Of a stretch of DNA of 64,000 nucleotides, positions 53,336-64,000 are shown in pieces. The stretch lies in NCBI GenBank assembly GCA_002269645.1, contig NIVC01003107.1:1-64000 (forward strand), written 5' to 3'. This DNA is from Macrostomum lignano. Taxonomy: Eukaryota. Position 1 is the stretch's first letter. The number at the start of each line of letters is the position of its first letter. The position numbers and the translations under genes are program-made. Under the pieces are notes generated by a model. That model did not search any database. It was not told the origin of the DNA and saw nothing but the letters and a program-made list of their open reading frames with translations.

Positions 53336-53700
53336 GTAGACTGCTCATGATTCAACTATTTCATATTCCAATGTCTGACATGTCATGTGCCGATTCTAAC
53401 AAGTTTATTCTATTCAGAAATTTGCCAGCTTTTATCTGTGTTTTACTGTGTTTTACGATTGATATCATTGATTTCTAATTATTTTCTGTGATAATTGGTT
53501 TTTTATATTAATAAAATGGTCTCGTGCTACATTAGGTCGAATGATAGATTGACATCGATGTAATAATTATTATTAAGCTTTAGTAAATTTTAATACAGAT
53601 TTTTTATTAATTAAAACTAACCCTAACCCTGGTCTCTTTTAGAGCTAAGACTATCCCCGTTAATTCCTCAAAACGAAGACTTCTAATTCCTTAAAACAAA

Positions 53701-53950
53701 GGAGGCTGTAGCCTAGTGGTTAAAGCGTTGCACTCACGACTTAAAGGTCGGGGGTTCGATTCCCGATTCCAGTCGGAACAATTTGTGTCCTTGAGCAAGA
53801 CACTTAACTCTGCATTGCTTCAGTTCACCCAGCTGTAAAATGGGTGCCAGCATTAGCTGGGGTAATTGAGGGTGTGTGTGGCGACCCCCCAGTTCTTGGA
53901 CTGAACAGCCGTACGCAGCCTTCAGTCGGTTGCACATCTGGCCTAATTGG
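53701..53950 (+). mobile_element. tRNA-derived CORE-type SINE (family 1), copy B
   Basis: A box TAGCCTAGTGG, B box GGTTCGATTCC, CORE-like TCCTTGAGCAAGACACTTAACTC...CTGTAAAATGGG. Collinear with copy A apart from an internal indel. Confidence 0.82.
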
Positions 53951-54120
53951 GCTCTAAAACAGAATCCAAAACTAAGACTTCTAAACCTCCAAAACAAAGA
54001 CTTCTAAATCCTCTTAAAATCTGTAAGAACTAAACTTAGACTCAGATATAAGGCATCAAGAACAAAGACTTCTCTTTTGATCCTTGTTTTGAAATTTTCA
54101 CTTTCTAATCCCGCCCGCAG

Positions 54121-56277
54121 GCATCCACCGTTGACGTTAGCGACGCCCTAGCAGCGGCTGGCGAGTTTCTGAGGGCCAAGCGCCTCTGCGATAATCATGA
54201 TAATAATAATAAACATGCATATTCTCTTGTGTCTCTACTGCTGCCCCGACTGCGCAGCGCGGCCGATTGTGACGCTTTTGCTAGCGTCGACGGCGTCGCT
54301 TACAAATTAGCCGGCCATCTGGGCGGTCGGCAGGCCAACGAAGCCCTGTCCGCTGCCTACCTGCTGCTCCGGCTGACTGCCCGCTGCAGTCCCGGGGCGT
54401 CTGGCACCGCTGAATTGATTCGCCAGACTAGGCCCTACTGCATTGGCCACGTTGTCGGCGCCGGTTCCGGCTTGATGCGCCGGCTAAGCCTAGCGGCTCT
54501 GGTTAACTGCTGCCGCGCCAGCGTGTCTCTCGGCGCCAGATTGGTCCGTCTGGGCTTGCTTGACGCCTGCCTGCTGCAGTTGAAGTCTGCGGATGCTGCC
54601 GACGAGGACGATCAACAACAAGATTTGATGGCTTGGCGAGTGCTGGCGCTTGCCCGGCTGGCCAGGCTCTGCTGCCTGCCGCAGAGTCGGGCGCTGCGCG
54701 ATTTGATGACCCATCGGCTGCCGGCTGCGGTCGAGCTGCTGCGGAACCTGTGCCAGAGAGCCGCTGACCGGCTGGCTGCTGGTGGGTGCACCGGATCACC
54801 CCGATGGCTATGACTGAGAATTTTTGTTCTCTGTGTCGCTTCGGCTGTCGGCCATCTTCTCTCTCTCTCTCTCTCATGTCTCCATCTCTCCTCTTCCTCT
54901 CCCTTTATCCTTCTTTTCTTCTCCTTCTCCCTCTGTACTTCTATCTCCTCTCTCCTTCCTCTCCTCCTTCTATTTTTTTATCAGAGGCAAATGACGCTGG
55001 CTCTGGCGCACTTCAAGGGACATTGTCACACAACCGGCGAGAGGCATTACTGCTCATTCCGCCCCGACTCCCCTAAGCAGGCACACAAGCGCGCGGATAC
55101 GTATGCAGTCACACGCACAGGCACACGCTCACACAGGAGTGTACAGCGGCCCTAACTTTATCGTTAGACATGTACACTTCACTGTGTCTTGGGGGGTTGT
55201 CAATCAAGGGCGTTAATTGCACGAGCAGAGCCAAGCCGAGATTTCAATTTAGTCCCAATTAATTTGGCTGCACTTGGAATCGAGCCTGGGCCGCTGGCAC
55301 ATCAAAGCGCCACGCCGGACCACTACGGCACCCTGTCCATTTCTACTATTTCCTCTCCTCCCTCCCTCCCGACGCCGCCCGCAGGCCACGTCGACCCGGC
55401 ACTTTGCCAGCCATTCTTCGCCGCCTGCTGTCTGCACCGCGCCTTCCTGACTCCGACTACTGCCGCATCGTCGTCCTCGAAGGACGTCGCCGCCGACATA
55501 GCTGATCAACCTCATGAACAGCACCTGGCGAATCTGCTGACTCCACAGCATCCGCTATTGCTAGCGGAATTAGCTTCATCAATAGATCAACGGCAGCAGA
55601 AAACCGACAGATTATCAGGAGAACAGAGCTCATTAGCTGGCCAATTGGCTCGGGGACTTCGCTGCTGCTCGGCCAGATCGGCCTATCTGTTGTCCACGAA
55701 TTTGCCAGATTTCATTGGATTAGAAGCCACCTGTAGATTGATTGGCCAACTAGCCGAATTAACTAATCGGCATCGAGCTTCGTCAGAGGTTGGCGATCTT
55801 CTAGCCGCTATTGCCAGTTTGACTGCCGCTTTGATCCGATTTGAATCGGCTCCGGTGGCGCTCTCTGAGCTTTCCGGTCCGGCGCTGCTTCGATTAGGCG
55901 CCTGCGCGCCCAATTGGCTCTGCGCCAATAGTAGCAACAATAGCTGGTCAGAGTTGGCGCTCAATTTAGCCGCCGATCAGTTGCGTAGAAATTCTGGCCA
56001 GCTTAGCGATTTGGAATTAGCCGAGTTGCCAAGCTTAGTGACAGCTTGTCAGGCTTGTCTGGGTAATTCGGCCTGCTCTAGCCAAGCTGGCCTCGGACAC
56101 CGACTGTTATTGCCTACTCTGCAAGTCTTGTCGCTTATCAAACGTCACGTCGGATTTGAGTCTTGGAATCGACTTGTAGGCGATAATCGCTTGCTGAATC
56201 AACTGCTGGTGGACTGCAGCGGCTTGGCCGCCTCGGCTGCTGAGCAGACCGCCTATCTCATTGGTGGCGGCGAGTGA
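54121..56277 (+). CDS. Leu/Ala-rich alpha-solenoid (ARM/HEAT-like) protein, about 517 aa, no genomic initiator ATG; exons 54121-54781, 55385-56277
   Basis: The frame is open from acceptor CCGCCCGCAG (54120). Phase-1 intron G|GTGGGT...CCCGCAG|GC. 661+893=1554 nt, a multiple of 3, ending in TGA. Upstream in-frame TAA at 54106; first in-frame ATG at 54475. The fold call comes from helical Leu/Ala periodicity only. Confidence 0.7.
54971..55335 (-). mobile_element. SINE family 2, CpG-intact copy, in the intron of the ARM-like gene
   Basis: On the minus strand: A box GCCGTAGTGG, B-box-like GGCTCGATTCC and an A-rich tail. Collinear with 12061-12445. Confidence 0.8.
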
Positions 56278-56295
56278 TGCTTGGAATGGACCGCA

Positions 56296-56855
56296 GGGTG
56301 ACGGGGGGAGCTGAATTGGATTGGGGGTGACGGGGGAGCTGAAGGAGTGGAGGGTGACGGGGGAGCTGAAGGAGTGGAGGGTGACGGGGGGAGGACCTGA
56401 AGGAGTGGAGGGTGACAGGGGAGCTGAAGGACTGGAGGGTGACGGGAGGACCTGAAGGAGTGGAGGTTGACGGGGGAGCTGAAGGAGTGGAGGTTGACGG
56501 GGGAGCTGAAGGAGTGGAGGTTGACGGGGGAGCTGAAGGAGTGGAGGTTGACGGGGGAGCTGAAGGAGTGGAGGTTGACGGGGGAGCTGAAGGAGTGGAG
56601 GTTGACGGGGGAGCTGAAGGAGTGGAGGGTGACGGGAGGAGCTGAAGGAGTGGAGGGTGACGGGGGAGCTGAAGGAGTGGAGGGTGACGGGGGAGCTGAA
56701 GGAGTGGAGGGTGACGGGAGGAGCTGAAGGAGTGGAGGGTGACGGGGGAGCTGAAGGAGTGGAGGGTGACGGGGGAGCTGAAGGAGTGGAGGGTGACGGG
56801 GGAGCTGAAGGAGTGGAGGGTGACGGGGGAGCTGAAGGAGTGGAGGGTGACGGGT
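56296..56855. repeat. G-rich 27/28-bp minisatellite just after the stop of the ARM-like gene
   Basis: Unit GAAGGAGTGGAGGGTGACGGGGGAGCT. Confidence 0.95.
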
Positions 56856-57400
56856 GGGTGTGATAGCACATACTTATTGAAGAATAGCAATCATGTCAAG
56901 TACTTCGTATTTAGTGTGATCTGGTTAAAAGTCTATTAATAGAATCGTGTTTATTTTCATAATGCTTTGCACTAGACTGACTAACCATACAGTATAACTG
57001 TTAGTTCTTTAGAGAAGCATTTCTATTATGATTTTGTATTTTCCCTGTGCCCTAGAAAGCATATTTTTTGATAATCTGTTTAGAGTTTCTCATTGCAGTG
57101 TCTTTCGGTAGTTCAACGCATTGTATCTGTGTAATTTCTCTTAAATTAAAGCGAGGAAGCCTTGAAGATCTTTTTGTGCATTCGCAGTGAAATACATATT
57201 GGCGCAAAAAAACAAAAATCCTTTGTTTTTTGCCAATGGTGTTTTGGAATCTCTGCTGTGTTTTTTTATTTAGCGATTTTATGAAATTCACAAGGGCCGG
57301 TGCGCATTGTAAAAATTCTACAATGACTTTACTCTTACCTTGTTTAATCCCGCTGCGTCTTAGCGACTAAAACTTAACATATTACTAATAGCAATAAAGG

Positions 57401-58872
57401 ATGGGCGGCGGACACGAGCCTGAACCGACACGGGAGTCGCTCTACACCCCAGTGACTAGCAAGGCATTCACTGACACTTGGCTATTCAAAGCATTTGACT
57501 TGCCAACTACCTGGTTCAAGGAGAATGTGATTGACAAGTACAGGAAGAAATATCCCTATTATCATCGCCGATATCCTAGGGTGCCTACTATCGACCAGTG
57601 CTTTGTTGATGACGAACTTTGCAATCTGGAGGCCGACGAGCAGTACAAAAGGGATCGGTGAGTTTTTACTGTTAAATTAAAAAATAAGTTACATTTTCTT
57701 ACTAACCTACTAACTAGTAAAATGTCAAATAATTATCACTATTTTTGTGATATCGATGTGAAAATCTATACAATAGAACCATTTTCCCGATATGTAGCGT
57801 TGATATTTTCGAGACTGAGAATAGCAACTTTTTAATTACAAGTAAATTTTTACCTGTCCCCAACTAACTTAGCCTGGTTGACCAGGAGATTGTCAACATA
57901 CTTCGTCGTCGACGGGAACAGTGCTTCCAGTGGTACGGCAGGCAGCGCGACCTTATTGAGAAACACTGCGGCCAGATTCAAAAGGATTATGATGAAGGTA
58001 ATATTTGCGATCGGAAGAAAATCTACGACGAGAGTGACCAGGTTAAAGGAACAGTGACAAGGGTTAGAATTAGACTAGCTAGGCTCAGCGATCGAAAGAG
58101 TGACAAGGATAACTATAGTGTGAATAGGAGAGTGTGACAAGTAGTCATCTAGGAGAGTGACAAGGATAGCTATAGTGTGAATAGGAGAGTGTGACAAGTA
58201 GCCATCTAGGAGAGTGACAAGTAGTCATCTAGGAGAGTGACAAGTAGTCATCTAGGAGAGTGACAAGTAGTCATCTAGGAGAGTGACAAGTAGTCATCTA
58301 GGAGAGTGACAAGTAGCCATCTAGGAGAGTGACAAGTAGTCAACTAGGAGAGTGACAAGTAGCCATCTAGGAGAGTGACAAGTAGTCATCTAGGAGAGTG
58401 ACAAGTGGCCATCTAGGAGAGTGACAAGTAGCCATCTAGGAGAGGGACAAGTGGCCATCTAGGAGAGTGACAAGTAGCCATCTAGGAGAGGGACAACTGG
58501 CCATCTAGGAGAGTGACAAGTAGCCATCTAGGAGAGGGACAACTGGCCATCTAGGAGAGTGAAAAGTGGCAATCTATGGGAGTGACAAGTAGTTGAAACT
58601 CCCCTCCCACCCACGCAGCCTCCACCAACTACTTCATCAAGCACGGCGACATGGGCTACGCGCACAACGTTAAGAACGCCCTGATGAAGCAGAAGCACCG
58701 GATGCTGTGGGAAAGAAAATACGGCGAAGTTGGCAGCCGAGGCGATCCACACAAATATCCGAATGTGATTGATATGGAGCCTGGCACTCTAGAGCACGAG
58801 GACACTTTGATTGGCAACATGCGCAAATTCGGCAACAATCACGATCGAAATCCGAAAGAGATGGCGCCCTAA
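57401..58872 (+). CDS. NDUFB10: NADH dehydrogenase (ubiquinone) 1 beta subcomplex subunit 10; exons 57401-57657, 57873-57997, 58619-58872
   Basis: YPYYHRRYPRVPTIDQC...EADEQYKRDR|LVDQEIVNILRRRREQC...|...KHGDMG...LMKQKHRMLWER. The phase-2 and phase-1 introns keep the frame. Confidence 0.92.
58128..58592. repeat. 23-bp minisatellite in NDUFB10 intron 2
   Basis: Unit GGAGAGTGACAAGTAG[T/C]CATCTA. Confidence 0.95.
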
Positions 58873-59274
58873 GTTTGCCCCCCGGTTCTGGGCGGCCTGT
58901 AAAACTATAACTATTTGGGAAACTGATACTACTACTCGACTAAGACTGCAAGTAGTGTGTTCGTTTAGCTTTATATACAGCATCTAGAACTGTAGTTTAT
59001 GAAATAGCCAATTTTAATAATAGAGGTTCAATGGCTCTGTTATACTGATACAAAAATGTCGACCCAGCTAAATATTCACTCACTTTCAGTCCTAGCTTAT
59101 ATCTTCACTAAATAGGCCCCGTATAGAAAATTTAGAATTTCAACCATTAATAAATCAATTATTACATACAATCCAATTTATGCAGTAAATTAACATTACT
59201 GCATTGTCTTAGTAGACACTTGCTACTTTATTTGTGATTTCTTTGTTAAATTTGTAGCTTGTTTCATAGCAGTA

Positions 59275-59710
59275 GGACTGGGACTGGGACTTGGAGTGGG
59301 ACTGGGGTTGGGACTAGGACTGGGACTTACGAGTATACTGAAACTGGGACCGGAATAGGACTGGGACTTGGACTGGAAGTGGGACTGGGAGTCGGATTGG
59401 GACTTGGAGTGGGGCTGGGACTTGGACTGGGACCTGAAGTGGGACTCGGTTAGGACCTGGAGTGGGACTCGGTTGGGACCTGGAGTGGGACTCGGTTGGG
59501 ACCTGGAGTGGGACTCGGTTGGGACCTGAAGTGGGACTCGGTTGGGACCTGGAGTGGGACTCGGTTGGGACCTGGAGTGGGACTCGGTTGGGACCTGAAG
59601 TGGGACTCGGTTGGGACCTGGAGTGGGACTCGGTTGGGACCTGGAGTGGGACTCGGTTGGGACCTGGAGTGGGACTCGGTTGGGACCTGGAGTGGGACTC
59701 GGTGTGGGAC
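59275..59710. repeat. G-rich 6-bp-derived and 23-bp repeats between NDUFB10 and the Rab gene
   Basis: GGGACT-based run, then unit GGACCTGGAGTGGGACTCGGTTG. Confidence 0.92.
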
Positions 59711-59874
59711 TTTAAGTATGGCAGTGACTATACTTAATTATAACTTTCGTGTTGAATTTTTTATTATTAACAACGAACAATTGCTTGATTCTATTTATTA
59801 TTTTCTATCTAATACATATTTGTACATTATAAAGCATACCTCCGCATTGTTACTACTTTCAGTAAATTTTCCCG

Positions 59875-60097
59875 ATGGAGCAACTAATGAAAATATTAGT
59901 AATTGGCGATCCAACAGTTGGTAAAACTTCGTTCGTTCATCGATATGTGAATAACATGTTTCAGACTGACTATAAGCAGACCATCGGGGTGGACTTTGCG
60001 CTTAAAGTTATTCGCTGGTCTGACACTCAAACTATTAAACTGCAGATGTGGGACATTGCCGGGCAGGAGAGGTGAGCACTGGCTGACTGACTGACTG

Positions 60098-60129
<32 letters not shown>

Positions 60130-61479
60130 ACTGACTGACTGACTGACTGACTGACTGACTGACTGACTGACTGACTGACTGACTGACTGACTGACTGACT
60201 GACTGACTGACTGACTGACCCACTGACTGACTGACTGACTGACTGACTGACTGACTGACTGACTGACTGACTGACTGACTGACTGACTGAACCACTGACT
60301 GACTGACCCACTGACTGACTGAACCACTGACTGACTGACTGACTGACTGACTGACTGACTGACCCACTGACTGACCCACTGACTGACCCACTGACTGACT
60401 GAACCACTGACTGACTGACTGACTGACTGACCCGCTGACTGACTGAACCACTGACTGACTGACTGACTGACTGACCCACTGACTGACTGACTGACTGACT
60501 GAACCACTGACTGACTGACTGACCCACTGACTGACTGACTGACTGACTGACTGACTGACTGACCCACTGACTGACTGAACCACTGACTGACTGACTGACT
60601 GACTGACTGACTGACTGACTGACCCACTGACTGACTGACTGACTGACTGACTGACTGACTGACTGACTGACTGACTGACTGACTGACTGACTGACTGACT
60701 GACTGACTGACTGACTGACTGACTGACTGACTGACTGACTGACCCACTGACTGACTGAACCACTGACTGACTGACTGACTGACTGACCCACTGACTGACT
60801 GAACCACTGACTGACTGACTGACTGGCCCACTTACCCACTGACTGACTGACCCACTGACTGACTGACTTGAGTGAGTGGGTGACTGACTGACTGACTGAC
60901 TGACTGACTGACTGACTGACCCACTGACTGACCCACTGACTGACTGACTGAGACACAGAGAAAGACACAGGCAGTCAGCCAACCCCCCACCCCTGCAGGT
61001 TCACCTCCATGACGCGAGTGTACTACAGAGACGCCCACGCAGCCGTAATCGTATTTGACTTAACCAAACGCTCAACATTTGACGGTGCGCTGAAATGGAA
61101 ACGCGATTTGGACAGCAAATGCGCCCTGCCCGATGGCAGCCCGCTGCCGGCCATCCTGCTGGCTAATAAATGCGACTTGTTGAGCGGCGAGCGGCAGCTG
61201 CAACTGTCCGAGATTGAGACATTCTGCAGAGAGAACGGCTTCATTGGTTGGACAGAGGTCAGCGCCAAGGAGGGCGTCATGATTGAGGAGGCGATGCGAT
61301 TTCTAATTGAATCGGTGCTAGCCAAGACTGCCAACTCTGAGTCGGCGGCTCAGACAGTCTCACTGACCGACGATCCGGCCATTGTCCGGCTGGGGGCGGT
61401 TAGCGGCGCGAAGAACAAGCCGCGGCGTGGTAACGCAGATGAGGACGATGAAATCGGCGGCGGCAGATGTGCGTGCTAG
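59875..61479 (+). CDS. RAB29: Rab GTPase of the Rab29(Rab7L1)/Rab32/38 subfamily, closest to Rab29; exons 59875-60071, 60999-61479
   Basis: WDIAGQER|FTSMTRVYYRDA, KVIRWSD and ENGFIGWTE are Rab29-like (Rab32/38 has FGNMTR and GWFE). C-terminal CAC prenylation motif; phase-2 intron. Confidence 0.85.
60083..60952. repeat. (GACT)n microsatellite with GACCCACT/GAACCACT interruptions, filling the Rab intron
   Basis: Read directly from the sequence. Confidence 0.97.
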
Positions 61480-61589
61480 GTTTGATTCTTAGAATTATTT
61501 TTTAAGGATTTGACCATTCTTTTTTCCTAGACAGGAAAACTGTTAATTGTTTAAAAAAAACTGACCCCCAAAATCTTTAAAATTGGTTT

Positions 61590-63380
61590 AGAATGTCTTG
61601 GAAAACTATCACTCAGACTCTTTGAAATCGCCCTGGAATTTCTTGGAAAACTGTCCCTTAGATTCTTTGAAATCGGTTTTTATTCTTAAAAAAACTATCC
61701 CTCAGATTCTTTGAAATCGGTTTCAAACTCCTTAGAAAACTGTCCCTCAGATCCTTTGAAATCGATTTCAAACTCCTTAGAAAACTGTCCCTCAGATCCT
61801 TTGAAATCGATTTCAAACTCCTTAGAAAACTGTCCCTCAGATTCTTTGAAATCGATTTCAAACTCCTTAGAAAACTGTCCCTCAGATTCTTTGAAATCGA
61901 TTTCAAACTCCTTAGAAAACTGTCCCTTAGATTCTTTGAAATCGGTTTCAAACTCCTTAGAAAACTGTCCCTCAGATTCTTTGAAATCGATTTCAAACTC
62001 CTTAGAAAACTGTCCCTCAGATCCTTTGAAATCGATTTCAAACTCCTTAGAAAACTGTCCCTCAGATCCTTTGAAATCGATTTCAAACTCCTTAGAAAAC
62101 TGTCCCTTAGATTCTTTGAAATCGGTTTCAAACTCCTTAGAAAACTGTCCCTCAGATTCTTTGAAATCGATTTCAAACTCCTTAGAAAACTGTCCCTTAG
62201 ATTCTTTGAAATCGGTTTCAAACTCCTTAGAAAACTGTCCCTCAGATCCTTTGAAATCGGTTTCAAACTCCTTAGAAAACTGTCCCTCAGATTCTTTGAA
62301 ATCGATTTCAAACTCCTTAGAAAACTGTCCCTCAGATTCTTTGAAATCGATTTCAAACTCCTTAGAAAACTGTCCCTCAGATCCTTTGAAATCGATTTCA
62401 AACTCCTTAGAAAACTGTCCCTCAGATCCTTTGAAATCGATTTCAAACTCCTTAGAAAACTGTCCCTCAGATTCTTTGAAATCGATTTCAAACTCCTTAG
62501 AAAACTGTCCCTCAGATTCTTTGAAATCGATTTCAAACTCCTTAGAAAACTGTCCCTCAGATCCTTTGAAATCGATTTCAAACTCCTTAGAAAACTGTCC
62601 CTCAGATCCTTTGAAATCGATTTCAAACTCCTTAGAAAACTGTCCCTCAGATTCTTTGAAATCGATTTCAAACTCCTTAGAAAACTGTCCCTCAGATTCT
62701 TTGTAATCGATTTCAAACTCCTTAGAAAACTGTCCCTTAGATTCTTTGAAATCGGTTTCAAACTCCTTAGAAAACTGTCCCTCAGATCCTTTGAAATCGG
62801 TTTCAAACTCCTTAGAAAACTGTCCCTCAGATCCTTTGAAATCGGTTTCAAACTCCTTAGAAAACTGTCCCTCAGATTCTTTGAAATCGGTTTTTAATTT
62901 CTTAGAAAACTGAATCTCCGAATATTTGAAATCGGCTTTTTAATTTCTTAGAAAACTGAATCTCCGAATATTTGAAATCGGTTTTTAATTTCTTAGAAAA
63001 CTGAATCTCCGAATATTTGAAATCGGTTTTTAATTTCTTAGAAAACTGACTCTCCGAATATTTGAAATCGGTTTTTAATTTCTTAGAAAACTGACTCTCC
63101 GAATATTTGAAATCGGTTTTTAATTTATTAAAAAACTGACTCCGAATATTTGAAATCGGTTTTTAATTTCTTAGAAAACTGAATCTCCGAATATTTGAAA
63201 TCGGTTTTTAATTTCTTAGAAAAATGACTCTCCGAATATTTGAAATCGTTTTTTTTTGTTCTTAGAAAACTGACTCCGAATATTTGAAATCGATTTTTTT
63301 ATTTTCTTAGAAAACTGACTCCGAATATTTGAAATCGGTTTTTAATTACTTCGAAAACTGTCTCTCAAACTCTTTGAAAT
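61590..63380. repeat. 45-bp satellite: about 27 homogeneous copies with an 18-bp palindrome, then about 10 diverged copies
   Basis: Unit CTGTCCCTCAGATTCTTTGAAATCGATTTCAAACTCCTTAGAAAA. After about 62890 the unit becomes CTGAATCTCCGAATATTTGAAATCGGTTTTTAATTTCTTAGAAAA. Confidence 0.95.
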
Positions 63381-64000
63381 CGCTTGTTATTTAAATTTGT
63401 TCAGTTTTTTTATCTTTTAAAGCTTAAGAGATCACAGAACAACACAAAATTATCAGATAAGGTCACAGAACCCCACCAGATGTAATGCGATGTTTAAAAC
63501 ATTCTTGTGTGTAATATTAAATTCCTTATTTTCAATAGATCCCATGCAGTTATATTCAAGATATTACTAAAACCTGCTATCTATTGTGTTAACTGTAAAA
63601 CAGCTTGTAATTATCAATCATATATCAGCTGTTATTTGTCGTACGCGTGCAATATGTTAAAATAAAACCAGATTTTCTTGTTATTCAGCTTGGCCAATTA
63701 TGAATATTTGTCTTACTCTTAAGAATAATATCTTATTTTGGCGGCTACTGGTGCTGTGAATCTCTTCCAAAATTTAATGGTGAATGTTTCTTATTCCATC
63801 ATTAATTATTTGATATCACATTTAATTGGTGCTCTAAGACTGTCTTCCATAGTTTTAGTAAATATTCAATTTTTTAGATTGCACTGCTGCCATCTTTTTG
63901 GCAGGTTTTTGACTGAATTTTTTATTATTATACTGTCTCGATTTAGAGGTCTTTTGGACACCTAATTTTTTATATTGTAATTTTCCACTCCTGGATCATC

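Noticed and set aside
54985-55076. Possible extra exon in the ARM-like gene
   Set aside because: The sequence is the antisense SINE-2 body, and 54781 joins 55385 in frame without it.
54121-56277. Assigning the ARM-like protein to a named family (for example TERB1)
   Set aside because: Only a vague helical-repeat resemblance; a profile or structure search is required.
59896-62851. ORFs of 311-397 aa (SQSV and LKSISN repeats); likewise those at 27147, 33668-35008, 36810-37592, 50520, 51802-52903, 56107-56939
   Set aside because: Translations of stop-free tandem repeats lying in introns or spacers of real genes.

Overview
Eukaryotic (metazoan) genomic DNA. Codon and low-complexity style, satellite-packed introns and splice-acceptor-like sites just before start codons fit a spliced-leader (SL) trans-splicing flatworm such as Macrostomum; this is an inference, not verified. 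I can support 13 protein-coding genes, all on the + strand: a tail-anchored golgin (giantin/CASP/golgin-84 type, many 1-nt frameshifts), a large Pro/Ser-rich orphan with an FCS-like zinc finger, ENKD1, a cytohesin, two universal stress proteins, FKBP8, NCBP3, an RRM protein, C19orf12, an ARM/HEAT-like protein with no genomic start codon, NDUFB10 and a RAB29/32-family GTPase. The 11 genes from 23.4 to 61.5 kb look like an operon-like array, and almost every intron or spacer holds its own tandem repeat. A gene-free block (about 10.3-23.3 kb) holds MITEs with target-site duplications (TSDs), a SINE and a Helitron-like element, and large parts of it are CpG-depleted with visible CpG transitions. 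Most interesting points: (1) a gene whose initiator Met probably comes from the SL 3'-terminal AUG, and early stops after the candidate acceptors of neighbouring genes; (2) a domain-restricted methylation footprint; (3) minisatellites built from splice-site-like units. No CRISPR array, rRNA or intact tRNA was found. Splice sites and counts were read by eye.
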